Source of the DNA: Candidatus Woesearchaeota archaeon
GTDB lineage: Archaea; Nanobdellota; Nanobdellia; Woesearchaeales; GW2011-AR9
DNA length: 64,000 bases
NCBI GenBank assembly: GCA_018676855.1
Contig: JABHDY010000004.1
Location: 28,972-92,971 of the forward strand
Direction of reading: 5' to 3'
The translations under genes were made by a program, and so were the position numbers. The stretch's first letter is position 1. Each line of letters starts with the position of its first letter. Shown here piece after piece: positions 1 to 9,600 of this stretch. Under the pieces are notes generated by a model. That model made no database searches. It was given only the letters and a program-made list of their open reading frames with translations, and had not been told where the DNA came from.

Positions 1-881
1 AGCCCAACTTTCCAAAAGATGGTTTTACAATGATGTCAATGTTTCCATGTTCAAGACGTTCTCGTGCAAGATTATTTGTAAGAATGTTAATTGTTGAGTC
101 AAGTACTTTTGTTATAGGAAGCCGTTCTTTTCCAGCCATTATTCGAAGAACTTTTGCTGGGTACAGAAACTTATCAAATGTCCACATAAAAATTCGTCGA
201 AGGAAACTTGGCCATCGTTCAGGAAAAATAAGGTCCTTTGTAAGACGTAATTCTTCCGCAATAAATTTTTTCTTAAGATCATCGAAAAGGTTGCCTTTTT
301 TAACAACCGGCCCATGTCTGGATTTGATTTTTGAGAAGAGGTCAACTGCAATGACAATGTCGGCACCCATTTCTCGTACAACATCGAATGGTGTTGGATC
401 GGCTAAAGCTCCATCAACATATTTTTGCTTTCCAATTATTACAGGTTTAAATATTCCTGGAATAGAAATTGATGCTCGTACAGCTTCCGTGACATCTCCC
501 TTTGAAAAGATGACTCGTTCTTCTTTCGTTAAATTGTATGCAACAACCTTTAGAGGGATTTTTAAATCTTTAAAATCTGTATCGAACACAAGATGACGTA
601 TACGTTTCTTAACCCTTTTTCCACGAATGATACCAGCTTTAGGTATTGTAAAATCTACAATTTTTCTCCAATCAGTATGCATGACAATACTTTCAATATC
701 TTTTGTTGACCTTCCTGCTGCGTACGCTGCTGCCATTACGGCACCCATAGACGTTCCTGCAATATAATCTGGAAATATTTTGTTTTTTTCAAGAACTTTT
801 AGAACACCTATATGTGTAAATCCTCGTGCACCGCCTGCACCTAACGCTAATCCTATCTTTGGCCGTCTCTTTTTCATTATT
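1..881 (-). CDS. Patatin-like phospholipase. Partial: the 3' end runs past the window start.
   Basis: Translating the minus strand from ATG (complement of 879..881) gives MKKRRPKIGLALGAGGARGFTHIGVLKVLE...GTSMG...VDGALADP. Three patatin hallmarks are present: the GGxRG oxyanion motif, the GxSxG serine motif and the DGA/G catalytic Asp motif. The frame stays open to position 1. It is absent from the ORF track only because no stop codon lies inside the window. Confidence 0.6.
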
Positions 882-1007
882 ACCCCTTTTAGCGTAGTAA
901 TGGTTATATGTATTAAAATGTTTGTGTTTGAGGAAGATGTTACATTAAATATTGCTTTGAAAAGAACCACCCCAACATTTATAACCAACTTCAATTTATA
1001 CAAAATT

Positions 1008-2735
1008 ATGAATAGGGGTATAATAGTAATAACAATAATTCTTGCACTCATGATATTACCATTACTCGTCTCAGCACAACCTGAACAGTACCATATAAAA
1101 CTTCTTGCGGTGCAAGAAGTGGGCGACCATTATGAAGGAAGTGATGCAGACTTATACTTAGAGTTAAAAGACGGAACGGGAAGAGTTTTTTTAGACACAT
1201 TTCCTGCAACTAAAGTAGATACACAAATATCAACACGGTTTGCAAAGGAAATTGCATGTAAACATTTCAAACTAGATTGTAGAAAACACGATTTTATCTA
1301 TACTATCAAAGCAAAGTCTAACATTATTGGCGGACCAAGTGCAGGTGCAGCCATTGCTGCCCTTACAACAATTGCAATTTTGAATTTAGATTATAATAAA
1401 GATATTGCAATTACAGGAACAATAAATTCTGGAGGAATAGTAGGAGCTGTTGGCGGTGTTAAAGAAAAGTTGGAAGCAGCATCAAATGCTGGATTAAAGA
1501 AAGTGTTGATAGCTCATGGTACATCGTTGAACGAAACTGATCTTGTTGAATATGGAAAAACAAACTTAAGTCTTGACGTCCAAGAAGTTCTGGAACTTGA
1601 CGATGTTGTATTTCAATTAACAGGAATGAACCTTAATCATAAGGAGTATATAATTACAGAAAATGAAGAGTATACTACCATTATGAAAGGTCTTAAGAAC
1701 GTTTTATGTAGTAGGTCAGACAGTATTGAAAAAGAATTACGAGGAACTGGAATAATTCTTTCAGAAGATGTTATTGAGAGTGTTCAAACACGAAAAGATC
1801 GTGCAGCAAATGCAACACAGAAAAACGATTTATATTCTGCAGCAAGTTTTTGTTTTGGTACAAATATAGAATTGAGGCAAGAATACTATAAATCAAAAGA
1901 GATAACACCTACCAACATTCATTCTTTATTTACAGTTCTTGAAAGGAAAATACTCGCACTTGAAACGAAGATTGAACAAGAACCGATTGAAACAATTACA
2001 GATTTACAAGTATTTATGATTGTAAAGGAACGTATTAATGATGTTAAAGAACAAATTAAGTTGTTTAAAGAAGATGAGGATATAGATTCTGCAAATGTGT
2101 TAGCGTACGCAGAAGAACGTTTTTTCTCAGCTTTATCATGGATGCAATTCTTTACAATGGAAGGTAAGAGGTTTATCCTTAATAAAGAAAAATTAGAAGA
2201 TTCATGTATTCAAAAAATATCTGAAGCGGAACAACGTCATCAATATATTGACCTGTTTATCTTACCAGGTTTAACTAGAAATATTCAAGAAAAGATAGAA
2301 TTAGCACATCAAGCACAAAACAATAGTGAGTTTGAATTATGTTTAATTACAGCATCACAAGCAAAAGCTGATGCAAATGCCGTAGTAAGTTCTCTTGGAT
2401 TACAAGAAGATGCCATTCTTCCATTTTTTGAAAGTAAAAAAAGAGCGACAGAAAGAGTAATATCTGAAAATAGTGCTGAAGGTATCTTCCCAATATTAGG
2501 ATTTTCTTATTATGAGTATGCGCAGTCCCTTCAAGAACAAGAACCATATACAGCGCTTGTATATATGGAGTATGCGTTAGAGATGAGCGAATTAAGTATG
2601 TACTTTTCTGAGAAAGAAACCTTTTTAGAATTTAATTCTATAAATATTCCTAGTGAATGGCTATTTGGCGGTTTAGGCTTTGTTTTAGGAGTATTGGTTA
2701 CTATACTTGTAGTTCTGTTTGAACGAAGAAAATGA
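1008..2735 (+). CDS. Membrane-anchored Lon-like (S16) peptidase-domain protein with no AAA+ ATPase module. The C-terminal half is a long coiled/helical region ending in a C-terminal TM helix.
   Basis: The track ORF is 780..2735. The ATG at 1008 gives a signal/TM start (MNRGIIVITIILALMILPLLVSAQ) and avoids overlap with the divergent patatin start. The Lon proteolytic-domain signature reads IIGGPSAGAAIAALTTIAIL ... ITGTINSGGIVGAVGGVKEKLEAA, i.e. the Ser-Lys dyad region. There is no Walker A/B motif. A C-terminal hydrophobic helix reads GGLGFVLGVLVTILVVLF. Confidence 0.6.
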   Translation: MNRGIIVITIILALMILPLLVSAQPEQYHIKLLAVQEVGDHYEGSDADLYLELKDGTGRVFLDTFPATKVDTQISTRFAKEIACKHFKLDCRKHDFIYTIKAKSNIIGGPSAGAAIAALTTIAILNLDYNKDIAITGTINSGGIVGAVGGVKEKLEAASNAGLKKVLIAHGTSLNETDLVEYGKTNLSLDVQEVLELDDVVFQLTGMNLNHKEYIITENEEYTTIMKGLKNVLCSRSDSIEKELRGTGIILSEDVIESVQTRKDRAANATQKNDLYSAASFCFGTNIELRQEYYKSKEITPTNIHSLFTVLERKILALETKIEQEPIETITDLQVFMIVKERINDVKEQIKLFKEDEDIDSANVLAYAEERFFSALSWMQFFTMEGKRFILNKEKLEDSCIQKISEAEQRHQYIDLFILPGLTRNIQEKIELAHQAQNNSEFELCLITASQAKADANAVVSSLGLQEDAILPFFESKKRATERVISENSAEGIFPILGFSYYEYAQSLQEQEPYTALVYMEYALEMSELSMYFSEKETFLEFNSINIPSEWLFGGLGFVLGVLVTILVVLFERRK

Positions 2736-2742
2736 ATATAAA

Positions 2743-2772
2743 CCCCTTGCAGACCCGAAAGTCTGCATGGGG
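2743..2772. terminator. GC-rich hairpin just downstream of the Lon-like gene stop. Its function is unknown; it may be a terminator or a structured element.
   Basis: The arms ccccttgcagac (2743..2754) and gtctgcatgggg (2761..2772) pair as 11/12 bp around the loop ccgaaa. No oligo-T tract follows. Confidence 0.3.
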
Positions 2773-2906
2773 AAAAAGAGGTGATAGATGTTTACTACTC
2801 GTGAAGAGGGGTTCTTATTTAAATGTTTCGGTAGGTTTAGCATTTTGAAGTGGTGAACGACCTAGTTGCGATATTCTTTTATAGTTTTACATAATTTATT
2901 AACGAT

Positions 2907-3629
2907 ATGAACTGGAAATTCCTTATTATAGCCATGTGTATTTTTATCCCATTTGTACAGGCAGCTACGTTAGAAGGATCCATCTACAATTCACAATTAA
3001 CACTAGAAAATGACGTTCTACTTGAAGTACATAACCAGAAATACCTCTCAAAAGATGGAACATATGCGTTTGATCTCCCCATAGGAGAATATACGTTAAT
3101 AGCACAGAAAGGTCTTGTCAAAACTGAAGAACTGATAGTAATAATAGATGAAAATAGACAAATATATGACATATTCTTATTACCATCATTCGTTGAAGAG
3201 GACCTATTATGGCAAGATACTGAAGAAAAATTTGATACACTCTGGCAAGATACTGAAGAAGGTGTAGAAGAAGGATATTCATTATGGAGATACATTTTAT
3301 TATGTGCAATATTAATATTCTTACTATGGCGATTTAGTAAGAAAAGAATGAAATATGGTCCCCTACGAAAGTTCAGAAAGAATTTTGCAGTTGAAAAGAA
3401 TAAAAGTCGAAAAGAACATAAACAAGACATTGCTGATGAACCAAAATATATCGATGATACTATAGAAATTATTAAGAAACATGATGGAAGAATATCGCAA
3501 AAGAAGTTACGAAAGGAGATGTTATACTTATCTGAAGCTAAAGTTAGTTTAATAGTAAAGGAACTTGAACATAAAGGTATTGTAGAGAAAGTTAAGAAGG
3601 GAAGAGGAAACGTTCTATTACTGAAATGA
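2907..3629 (+). CDS. Membrane protein with an N-terminal signal, a central TM helix and a C-terminal winged-helix (MarR/TrmB-like) domain.
   Basis: The signal-like start is MNWKFLIIAMCIFIPFVQA. A TM helix reads YILLCAILIFLLW. The C-terminal wHTH-like segment is ISQKKLRKEMLYLSEAKVSLIVKELEHKGIVEKVKKGRGNVLLL. The antisense ORF 2984..3643 is rejected. Confidence 0.5.
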   Translation: MNWKFLIIAMCIFIPFVQAATLEGSIYNSQLTLENDVLLEVHNQKYLSKDGTYAFDLPIGEYTLIAQKGLVKTEELIVIIDENRQIYDIFLLPSFVEEDLLWQDTEEKFDTLWQDTEEGVEEGYSLWRYILLCAILIFLLWRFSKKRMKYGPLRKFRKNFAVEKNKSRKEHKQDIADEPKYIDDTIEIIKKHDGRISQKKLRKEMLYLSEAKVSLIVKELEHKGIVEKVKKGRGNVLLLK

Positions 3630-3676
3630 GTTCTATACAACAATCTTTTTAAATACCTCTATAATACATTCTAGTA

Positions 3677-6600
3677 ATGAAATTTGAACAGTACATTCAT
3701 GCAGAACTTGAACCGGCAATTATTAAGTATTGGAACGAGCATAAAACTGTTGAAAAACTGCGGAAAAAGAATAAATCTGGTAAGCCATTTACATTTTTAC
3801 AGGGACCGCCGTACACGTCTGGTAAGGTACATTTGGGAACTGCATGGAATACGTCACTGAAAGATATTGCACTTCGATACAAACGAAGTCAGGGATTTGA
3901 TGTTTGGGACAGAAATGGGTACGATGTTCACGGTTTGCCAACGGCACACAAAGTTATGGCTAAACATAAACTTGAAAATAAAGATGATATTGAAAAGTTT
4001 GGTGTTGGAAAGTTCATTAAGGAATGTATGGCATTTTGTTTAAAGATGGGCGACCAGATGACTACCGACTTTAAACGGATGGGCGTGACGTTAGATTATT
4101 CAGATTCCTACATGGCACTTACGAACGAGTATATGGAAGGAGAATGGTGGATGATTAAAGAAGCTCACAAGAAAAAAAGATTATATTTGGGAGAAAAAGT
4201 TATGACATGGTGTGGTGATTGTGAAACTGCTGTTGCCAAACATGAATGTGAGTATAAAGAATTGCGTGAAGAATCAATATTTTTAAAATTTAAAGTTAAG
4301 GGAACTAAAAATGAATTCTTGATTATCTGGACAACAACACCATGGACAATTCCGTTCAACCTGGCAATCATGGTAAATCCTGGATTGGATTATGTTAAAG
4401 CACAGGTCGAAGATGAAATATGGATCATTGGAAAGGGTTTAGTCGGTCCACTTGTACAATCAGTTGTTGGTAAAAAATTAAAGATCGTTGACGAGTTTAA
4501 AGGAAAAACGCTTGAAGGGATGGAATATACACATCCATGGGAACATGATATTCCTGCACATAAACAGTTGAAAAAAGGTCATCCTAATGTTCATACAGTA
4601 ATTTTATCTGAACAATATGTAGATTTTTCTGCTGGTTCAGGCCTTGTTCATTGTGCTCCAGGATGCGGACCTGAAGATCAAGAAGTAGGAAAACAATATG
4701 GAATTCCACCGTTCAATACATTAAATGAACGAGGAGAATTTTCAGAAGAAACTGGTAAGAAATTTGCAGGATTAGTTGCAAAGAAAGATGATAAGAAGTT
4801 CATTAAAGAATTAAAAGAATCTGATACACTTATTGCAACAACACAAGTTGAACACGAATATCCAACATGTTGGCGATGTCATAATCCAGTCATATTTAAA
4901 ACTACAAAACAGTGGTTTTTCAAGATTGAAGATTTAAAAAGTGCTATGGTTAAAGAAAACGCGAAAGTTCATTGGACACCAAAAACGCAGGCGTTTGATT
5001 CATGGACAAATAATTTAAGAGATAATTCTATCACACGGCAACGGTATTGGGGTACTCCCGTACCAATTTGGAAATGTAGTAAATGTGAAGAGATTGATGT
5101 TATTGGATCTATTACAGAATTGAAACATAAAGCAGGAAAGGTTCCAGATAATTTACACAAACCGTGGATTGACAAAGTTACATGGCAATGTTCATGTGGA
5201 AAAGGAACAATGACACGTATTCCTGACATTCTTGACGTATGGATTGATGCAGGAACAGCTGCATGGAACTGTTATTATTATCCACAACGTGAAGATTATT
5301 TAAAGAAACATTTTCCAGCAGATTTAATCCTCGAGGCTACGGAACAGGTACGATTATGGTTCAGTATGGCGTCTATCTGTTCACAGCTGGGATTTGGTAA
5401 GAACTGTTACAAAAATGTGTACATGCATGGTATGTTACGTGACATAGACGGTGAAAAGATGAGTAAATCTATTGGTAACATTATTGCACCTGACGAAATG
5501 ATTGAAAAGTATGGTGCAGACGTGTTACGATATTATTTATGTCAAACAAATGCTGGACAGGACATACGGTTCAGTTGGGACGAAGCAGCGTTACGAGGAC
5601 GATATTTACAAATTTTATGGAACGTTCATAAGTTTTTAATAAACATGGCACATGAGAATGATATTAATCCATTCAAGATTAAACCAACAAAAATGGGTGT
5701 TGAAGAAGAATATATAATTTCAAAACTACATTCAACTATTAAAAAATGTGAAGAATTGTTTGATTCTTATCGTTTAGACGAAACTATTCCACAATTGGAA
5801 GAATTATTCTTAGAGTTAAGTAGAACATATATCCAATTGATACGAGATAAAGCTGCGATTGGAAGTGCGGAAGAGAAAAAGAGTGTCATGTATACAATAT
5901 CTCATGTGTTATTAGAATTCCTTAAAATGTTTACTATCATTTCTCCGTTTATTAGCGAAGCGATATATTTGAATTGTAAAGATGAATTTAAACTTAAAGA
6001 AGAGAGTATTAGCCATTATGGTTGGCCAAAATATAATAAAAAGAATATCAATACGCAATTGGAACAAAATGTTGATAGTATGAAACAAGTTATTCAAGCA
6101 GCACTAAGTGCAAGAGAAAAAGCAAAGTTAGGATTACGGTGGCCAGTACAAGAAATTGTTGTTGCAAGTACTGATAAAAATGTAGTTCGATCTGTCAAAA
6201 AGTTAAAAATGATTATTATGCAACAGACAAATGCTAAATCTGTTCGAATTGTTGATAGCCTTCCGGGCGTTTCTGTTACAATTAAACCTGATTCTTCAAA
6301 AATAGGTCCTGTCTATGGAAAACTGTCAAAAGATATTATGAAAAAGGTAGGGACAGAAAAACCAGAGATTATACTTCAAAGTCTTGCAAAGGGTAAATAT
6401 TCTTTTATGATTGGAAAAGAAAAAGTTAACGTTACAAAAGAAATGTTGATTTTTGAACATGACGTTCCAGAAGGATACACAGAATCTGGCATTAAAAATG
6501 GATTTGTGTATGTTAATTGTGCACGAAATGATGAACTTGAAGCAGAAGGTTTTTCTCGAGAAGTTATGCGACATATTCAATCTTCGCGAAAAAAAGCTGG

Positions 6601-6808
6601 ATTTCAAAAAAGTGATGATATTGTATTGTACATTAAATGTCATAGTGCTATGAAAGAAATGCTTACCAAATGGAAAAAGTCTATTGCAGAAAAGGTTGGC
6701 GCTGTCGAAATTAACATTGATGAAAATGATCCATCAGATAAATATCCATTTTCTGGAGATTTTAAAGTTAAGGACGAAACGTTCTCGTTATGGTTTAGGA
6801 AGAAGTAG
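3677..6808 (+). CDS. ileS: Isoleucyl-tRNA synthetase
   Basis: The class I HIGH motif region reads PPYTSGKVHLGTAWN and the KMSKS motif reads GEKMSKSIGN. Zn-binding Cys clusters are present (CWRCHNP, CSKCEE...CSCG). Length is 1043 aa. Confidence 0.95.
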   Translation: MKFEQYIHAELEPAIIKYWNEHKTVEKLRKKNKSGKPFTFLQGPPYTSGKVHLGTAWNTSLKDIALRYKRSQGFDVWDRNGYDVHGLPTAHKVMAKHKLENKDDIEKFGVGKFIKECMAFCLKMGDQMTTDFKRMGVTLDYSDSYMALTNEYMEGEWWMIKEAHKKKRLYLGEKVMTWCGDCETAVAKHECEYKELREESIFLKFKVKGTKNEFLIIWTTTPWTIPFNLAIMVNPGLDYVKAQVEDEIWIIGKGLVGPLVQSVVGKKLKIVDEFKGKTLEGMEYTHPWEHDIPAHKQLKKGHPNVHTVILSEQYVDFSAGSGLVHCAPGCGPEDQEVGKQYGIPPFNTLNERGEFSEETGKKFAGLVAKKDDKKFIKELKESDTLIATTQVEHEYPTCWRCHNPVIFKTTKQWFFKIEDLKSAMVKENAKVHWTPKTQAFDSWTNNLRDNSITRQRYWGTPVPIWKCSKCEEIDVIGSITELKHKAGKVPDNLHKPWIDKVTWQCSCGKGTMTRIPDILDVWIDAGTAAWNCYYYPQREDYLKKHFPADLILEATEQVRLWFSMASICSQLGFGKNCYKNVYMHGMLRDIDGEKMSKSIGNIIAPDEMIEKYGADVLRYYLCQTNAGQDIRFSWDEAALRGRYLQILWNVHKFLINMAHENDINPFKIKPTKMGVEEEYIISKLHSTIKKCEELFDSYRLDETIPQLEELFLELSRTYIQLIRDKAAIGSAEEKKSVMYTISHVLLEFLKMFTIISPFISEAIYLNCKDEFKLKEESISHYGWPKYNKKNINTQLEQNVDSMKQVIQAALSAREKAKLGLRWPVQEIVVASTDKNVVRSVKKLKMIIMQQTNAKSVRIVDSLPGVSVTIKPDSSKIGPVYGKLSKDIMKKVGTEKPEIILQSLAKGKYSFMIGKEKVNVTKEMLIFEHDVPEGYTESGIKNGFVYVNCARNDELEAEGFSREVMRHIQSSRKKAGFQKSDDIVLYIKCHSAMKEMLTKWKKSIAEKVGAVEINIDENDPSDKYPFSGDFKVKDETFSLWFRKK

Positions 6809-6844
6809 CAATATTTATATAACCGAAAATAATCATTTATTTCT

Positions 6845-7372
6845 ATGGGATCAGATCCACTTAGGCTTATCACGTTACGATACACAGGACTTTTCGATTT
6901 TGACGGTCTCTATGCAGCGATTATTGACTGGGCAAAAAATTATGGATATATGTGGCACGAAAAAGATTACAAGCATAAAGTGCCATCTCCATCAGGAGCA
7001 GAACAGGAATGGATGTGGGAAATGACCAAAAACGTTACTGATTATATTGGCCATAAAATTATTTTTACTGTTCATTCTTGGGACATTACAGAAATTCAGG
7101 TTGATGTTGAGGGAAAGAAAAAAGATCTTACAAATGCACGATTGTACATTAAGATTCAACCAACGTTAATTTATGATTGGCAAAAACGGTTCAAGGGACG
7201 ATTCGGGTCAAAGTTAGGTGGATGGTATCAGAAAGTATGGCGAAAAGATTATGAAAGTACGTACGGTGATCAATTATATTATAGAGTATGGGACTTACAT
7301 GCTATCATTAAGAAATATTTTGATATGCAAACGAAGAAGTATGCGTATAAAGGATATTTGGGAGAAACTTAA
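6845..7372 (+). CDS. Hypothetical protein, 175 aa, predicted cytoplasmic.
   Basis: It is a clean ORF immediately downstream of ileS on the same strand. I recognised no motif. Overlapping small ORFs such as 7218..7457 are likely spurious. Confidence 0.4.
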   Translation: MGSDPLRLITLRYTGLFDFDGLYAAIIDWAKNYGYMWHEKDYKHKVPSPSGAEQEWMWEMTKNVTDYIGHKIIFTVHSWDITEIQVDVEGKKKDLTNARLYIKIQPTLIYDWQKRFKGRFGSKLGGWYQKVWRKDYESTYGDQLYYRVWDLHAIIKKYFDMQTKKYAYKGYLGET

Positions 7373-7391
7373 GAAAAAAAAAGTAAGAAAA

Positions 7392-8837
7392 TTAATAACT
7401 TTTTCCGAAATAGAACCATGTAGTTGCCTTTTCTTTACATGCAAAACATTTTCCTGAAATAGAAGGTTGTTTAAACGGTGAGTTAAGTGATTTGGCACCC
7501 GTTTTATCTTTAAACTGTTCTTCACATTCTTTCGTAGAGCACCATGGTGCAAAAACAATTTTCTTGTTTTGTATTTGTTTTTCTGCTTCTTTCATGGTTT
7601 TAACTTCAACAATGCTGGTTTTTAATATTGTCTCTGCTTTTTGTAACATACTTTTTTGCATGTTTTGAAGTAAAGTATCAACTTCTTTTTCAACAGTAGA
7701 CGTAGAAACTGCTTTCTTTTCGCCCGTGTCTCGTCTTGCTACCATAACTTTCTTATTTGCAACATCTTTTGGACCAATTTCTATTCGAAGTGGAATACCT
7801 TTCACTTCCCATTCATTAAATTTCCAGCCAGGAGAATATCCTTCACGATCATCAACATAAACAGAAAAACCTTTCTTTTCAAGCTTTTTCTTAACATTTT
7901 CTACTTCCTTTAACACCTTAGCTCTACTATCATCAAACAAGATTGGAACAATAACAACCTGTGTTGACGCAAGTGATGGAGGAAGGACAAGACCTTTGTC
8001 ATCGCCATGAATACCTATCAGGACGCCAATCATTCTTGTTGTAATGGCAAATGTATTTTGCCAAACATATTCTTTCTTACCATTTTTATCTGTAAACGTA
8101 ATATCAAACACTTTTGCAAAGTTCTGACCATCATGATGAAAGTCAGGTCCCTGGATAGCTTTCCCGTTCGGCATGACAAATTCTAAAGAGTCTGTATATA
8201 GTGCACCTGCAAACTTTTCCTTTTCAGACTTTCTTCCTATGAGCGATGGAAGGGCTAACAAATCTCTACAAACAGTATCATAAATGGCAAGGATATCTTT
8301 CTGTTCAGCTTCCGCTTCTTTTTGTGTAGCAAAACATGTATGGCCCTCATTCCATAAAAATTCTCTGCTTCTCAGGAACGGTGTTGCATGTTTAAATTCC
8401 CACCTGACAACATTATTCCATTGATTTAATCGTAAAGGTAGATCGTTATGTGACCGTATCCATTTTGAGTACGATTCGTACATGATAGTTTCTGAAGTTG
8501 GCCGTATTGCTAATCTTTCACCAAGTTTAGTATCGCCTGCATGTGTTACCCATGCAACCTCAGGTGAAAAATGTTCAATATGGTCAGCTTCCTTTTGAAG
8601 AAGACTTTCCGGAATAAATATTGGAAAATAGCAGTTCTTAATACCTATTTGTTTAAACTTTACATCTGTAACGTTTTTTATCTTTTCCCAAATTTCGTAC
8701 GAACCGGGCTTGTACGCGATACATCCTGACACAGATGTATAATCTGCTAAGTCTGCTTTCTGAATAACTTGTGTGTACCATTCAGAAAAATTGTCACTTT
8801 TCTTTACAGTAATCCCTTTCGTATCTTTTTTTGCCAT
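7392..8837 (-). CDS. proS: Prolyl-tRNA synthetase, archaeal/eukaryotic type (class II).
   Basis: Class II motifs are present, with an anticodon-binding domain and the C-terminal Zn-binding extension ending ...CFACKEKATTWFYFGKSY, typical of archaeal ProRS. Length is 481 aa. Confidence 0.9.
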   Translation of the reverse strand: MAKKDTKGITVKKSDNFSEWYTQVIQKADLADYTSVSGCIAYKPGSYEIWEKIKNVTDVKFKQIGIKNCYFPIFIPESLLQKEADHIEHFSPEVAWVTHAGDTKLGERLAIRPTSETIMYESYSKWIRSHNDLPLRLNQWNNVVRWEFKHATPFLRSREFLWNEGHTCFATQKEAEAEQKDILAIYDTVCRDLLALPSLIGRKSEKEKFAGALYTDSLEFVMPNGKAIQGPDFHHDGQNFAKVFDITFTDKNGKKEYVWQNTFAITTRMIGVLIGIHGDDKGLVLPPSLASTQVVIVPILFDDSRAKVLKEVENVKKKLEKKGFSVYVDDREGYSPGWKFNEWEVKGIPLRIEIGPKDVANKKVMVARRDTGEKKAVSTSTVEKEVDTLLQNMQKSMLQKAETILKTSIVEVKTMKEAEKQIQNKKIVFAPWCSTKECEEQFKDKTGAKSLNSPFKQPSISGKCFACKEKATTWFYFGKSY

Positions 8838-8870
8838 TGATGTTGGTAGAACGAAAGATTTTATAAAAGT

Positions 8871-9476
8871 TTGGCATTTAGAAAATCAAATATGAAAAAT
8901 TTTATTTTTGGGTATGGAAGTTTAATCAGTACAGAAAGTAGAGTAAGGACTGCAAATACTGGCGACGCAATACCTGTTCGAGTACATGGATTACAAAGAG
9001 CATGGAACTTTCATAACAAAGTACGTAAAAGAAATGCTTTAGGAGTTATTCTTAATGGCGATTCAGTATGTAATGGAATTATTACTGAAGTAAATGAAGA
9101 AACATTTGCTGATTTTGATGTGCGTGAAGAAGGATATAATAGGATTGAAATTGATCCAAAGAATATTGAAGTTCTTAAAGATTCATTACCTGAAGGTAAT
9201 TTTTGGGTTTATGTTCCAAAAGAATCAATCCTACCTACGAAGGATTCACCAGTTGAACAAAGTTATGTTGACGTTGTAATAACTGGTTGTTTAGAGTTTG
9301 GTGAAGATTTTGCGCAAGAACTGATTAATTCTACATTATATTGGGATCATGCATGGGTAAATGATAGAAAAAATCCAAGTTATCCTAGATATTTAAAAAA
9401 TCCACAATTAGAAAGGATTGATACCCATCTTAAAACATTTGTTCCTGAAGCGTTTGATAAAAGAATTGATTTGTAA
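8871..9476 (+). CDS. Gamma-glutamyl cyclotransferase-like protein (ChaC/AIG2 fold).
   Basis: The N-terminal motif FIFGYGSLIS matches the [FY]GYGSL signature of the ChaC/GGCT fold. An alternative start exists at ATG 8892 (MKNFIFGYGSL). Confidence 0.45.
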   Translation: MAFRKSNMKNFIFGYGSLISTESRVRTANTGDAIPVRVHGLQRAWNFHNKVRKRNALGVILNGDSVCNGIITEVNEETFADFDVREEGYNRIEIDPKNIEVLKDSLPEGNFWVYVPKESILPTKDSPVEQSYVDVVITGCLEFGEDFAQELINSTLYWDHAWVNDRKNPSYPRYLKNPQLERIDTHLKTFVPEAFDKRIDL

Positions 9477-9513
9477 TTTTATTGTAAATTTATATAAAGA
9501 AAAAAAACAAAAA

Positions 9514-9566
9514 TCTTGCCCGATGGATGTTACAGGGGGTGGTGTAACAGAAACAGGCGGGCAAGA
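9514..9566. terminator. Nested GC-rich hairpin in a convergent intergenic region; candidate bidirectional terminator.
   Basis: The outer stem pairs tcttgcccg (9514..9522) with cgggcaaga (9558..9566). The inner stem pairs tgttaca (9528..9534) with tgtaaca (9543..9549). It lies between the stop of the gene ending at 9476 and the ftsZ stop. Confidence 0.3.
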
Positions 9567-9585
9567 CCTCTGAGTATGAAAAAAA

Positions 9586-9599
9586 GGTGCAAAAGCACC
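9586..9599. terminator. Short hairpin immediately 3' of the ftsZ stop on the minus strand.
   Basis: ggtgc aaaa gcacc is a 5 bp stem that directly abuts the TAA stop of ftsZ (complement of 9601..9603). Confidence 0.25.
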
Positions 9600-9600
9600 C

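Noticed and set aside
30-596. 188-aa plus-strand ORF at the window start.
   Set aside because: It is antisense to the patatin-like gene, which has clear catalytic motifs. It is Arg/Ser-rich with no recognisable features.
780-1007. N-terminal 76-aa extension of the Lon-like ORF as given in the track.
   Set aside because: It would overlap the divergent patatin start codon region. The ATG at 1008 gives a proper signal/TM start.
2775-2906. Possible C/D-box sRNA in the intergenic region after the Lon-like gene (ggtgatagatg resembles a C box).
   Set aside because: No matching D/D' (CUGA) boxes at the appropriate spacing were found, so the resemblance is probably coincidental.
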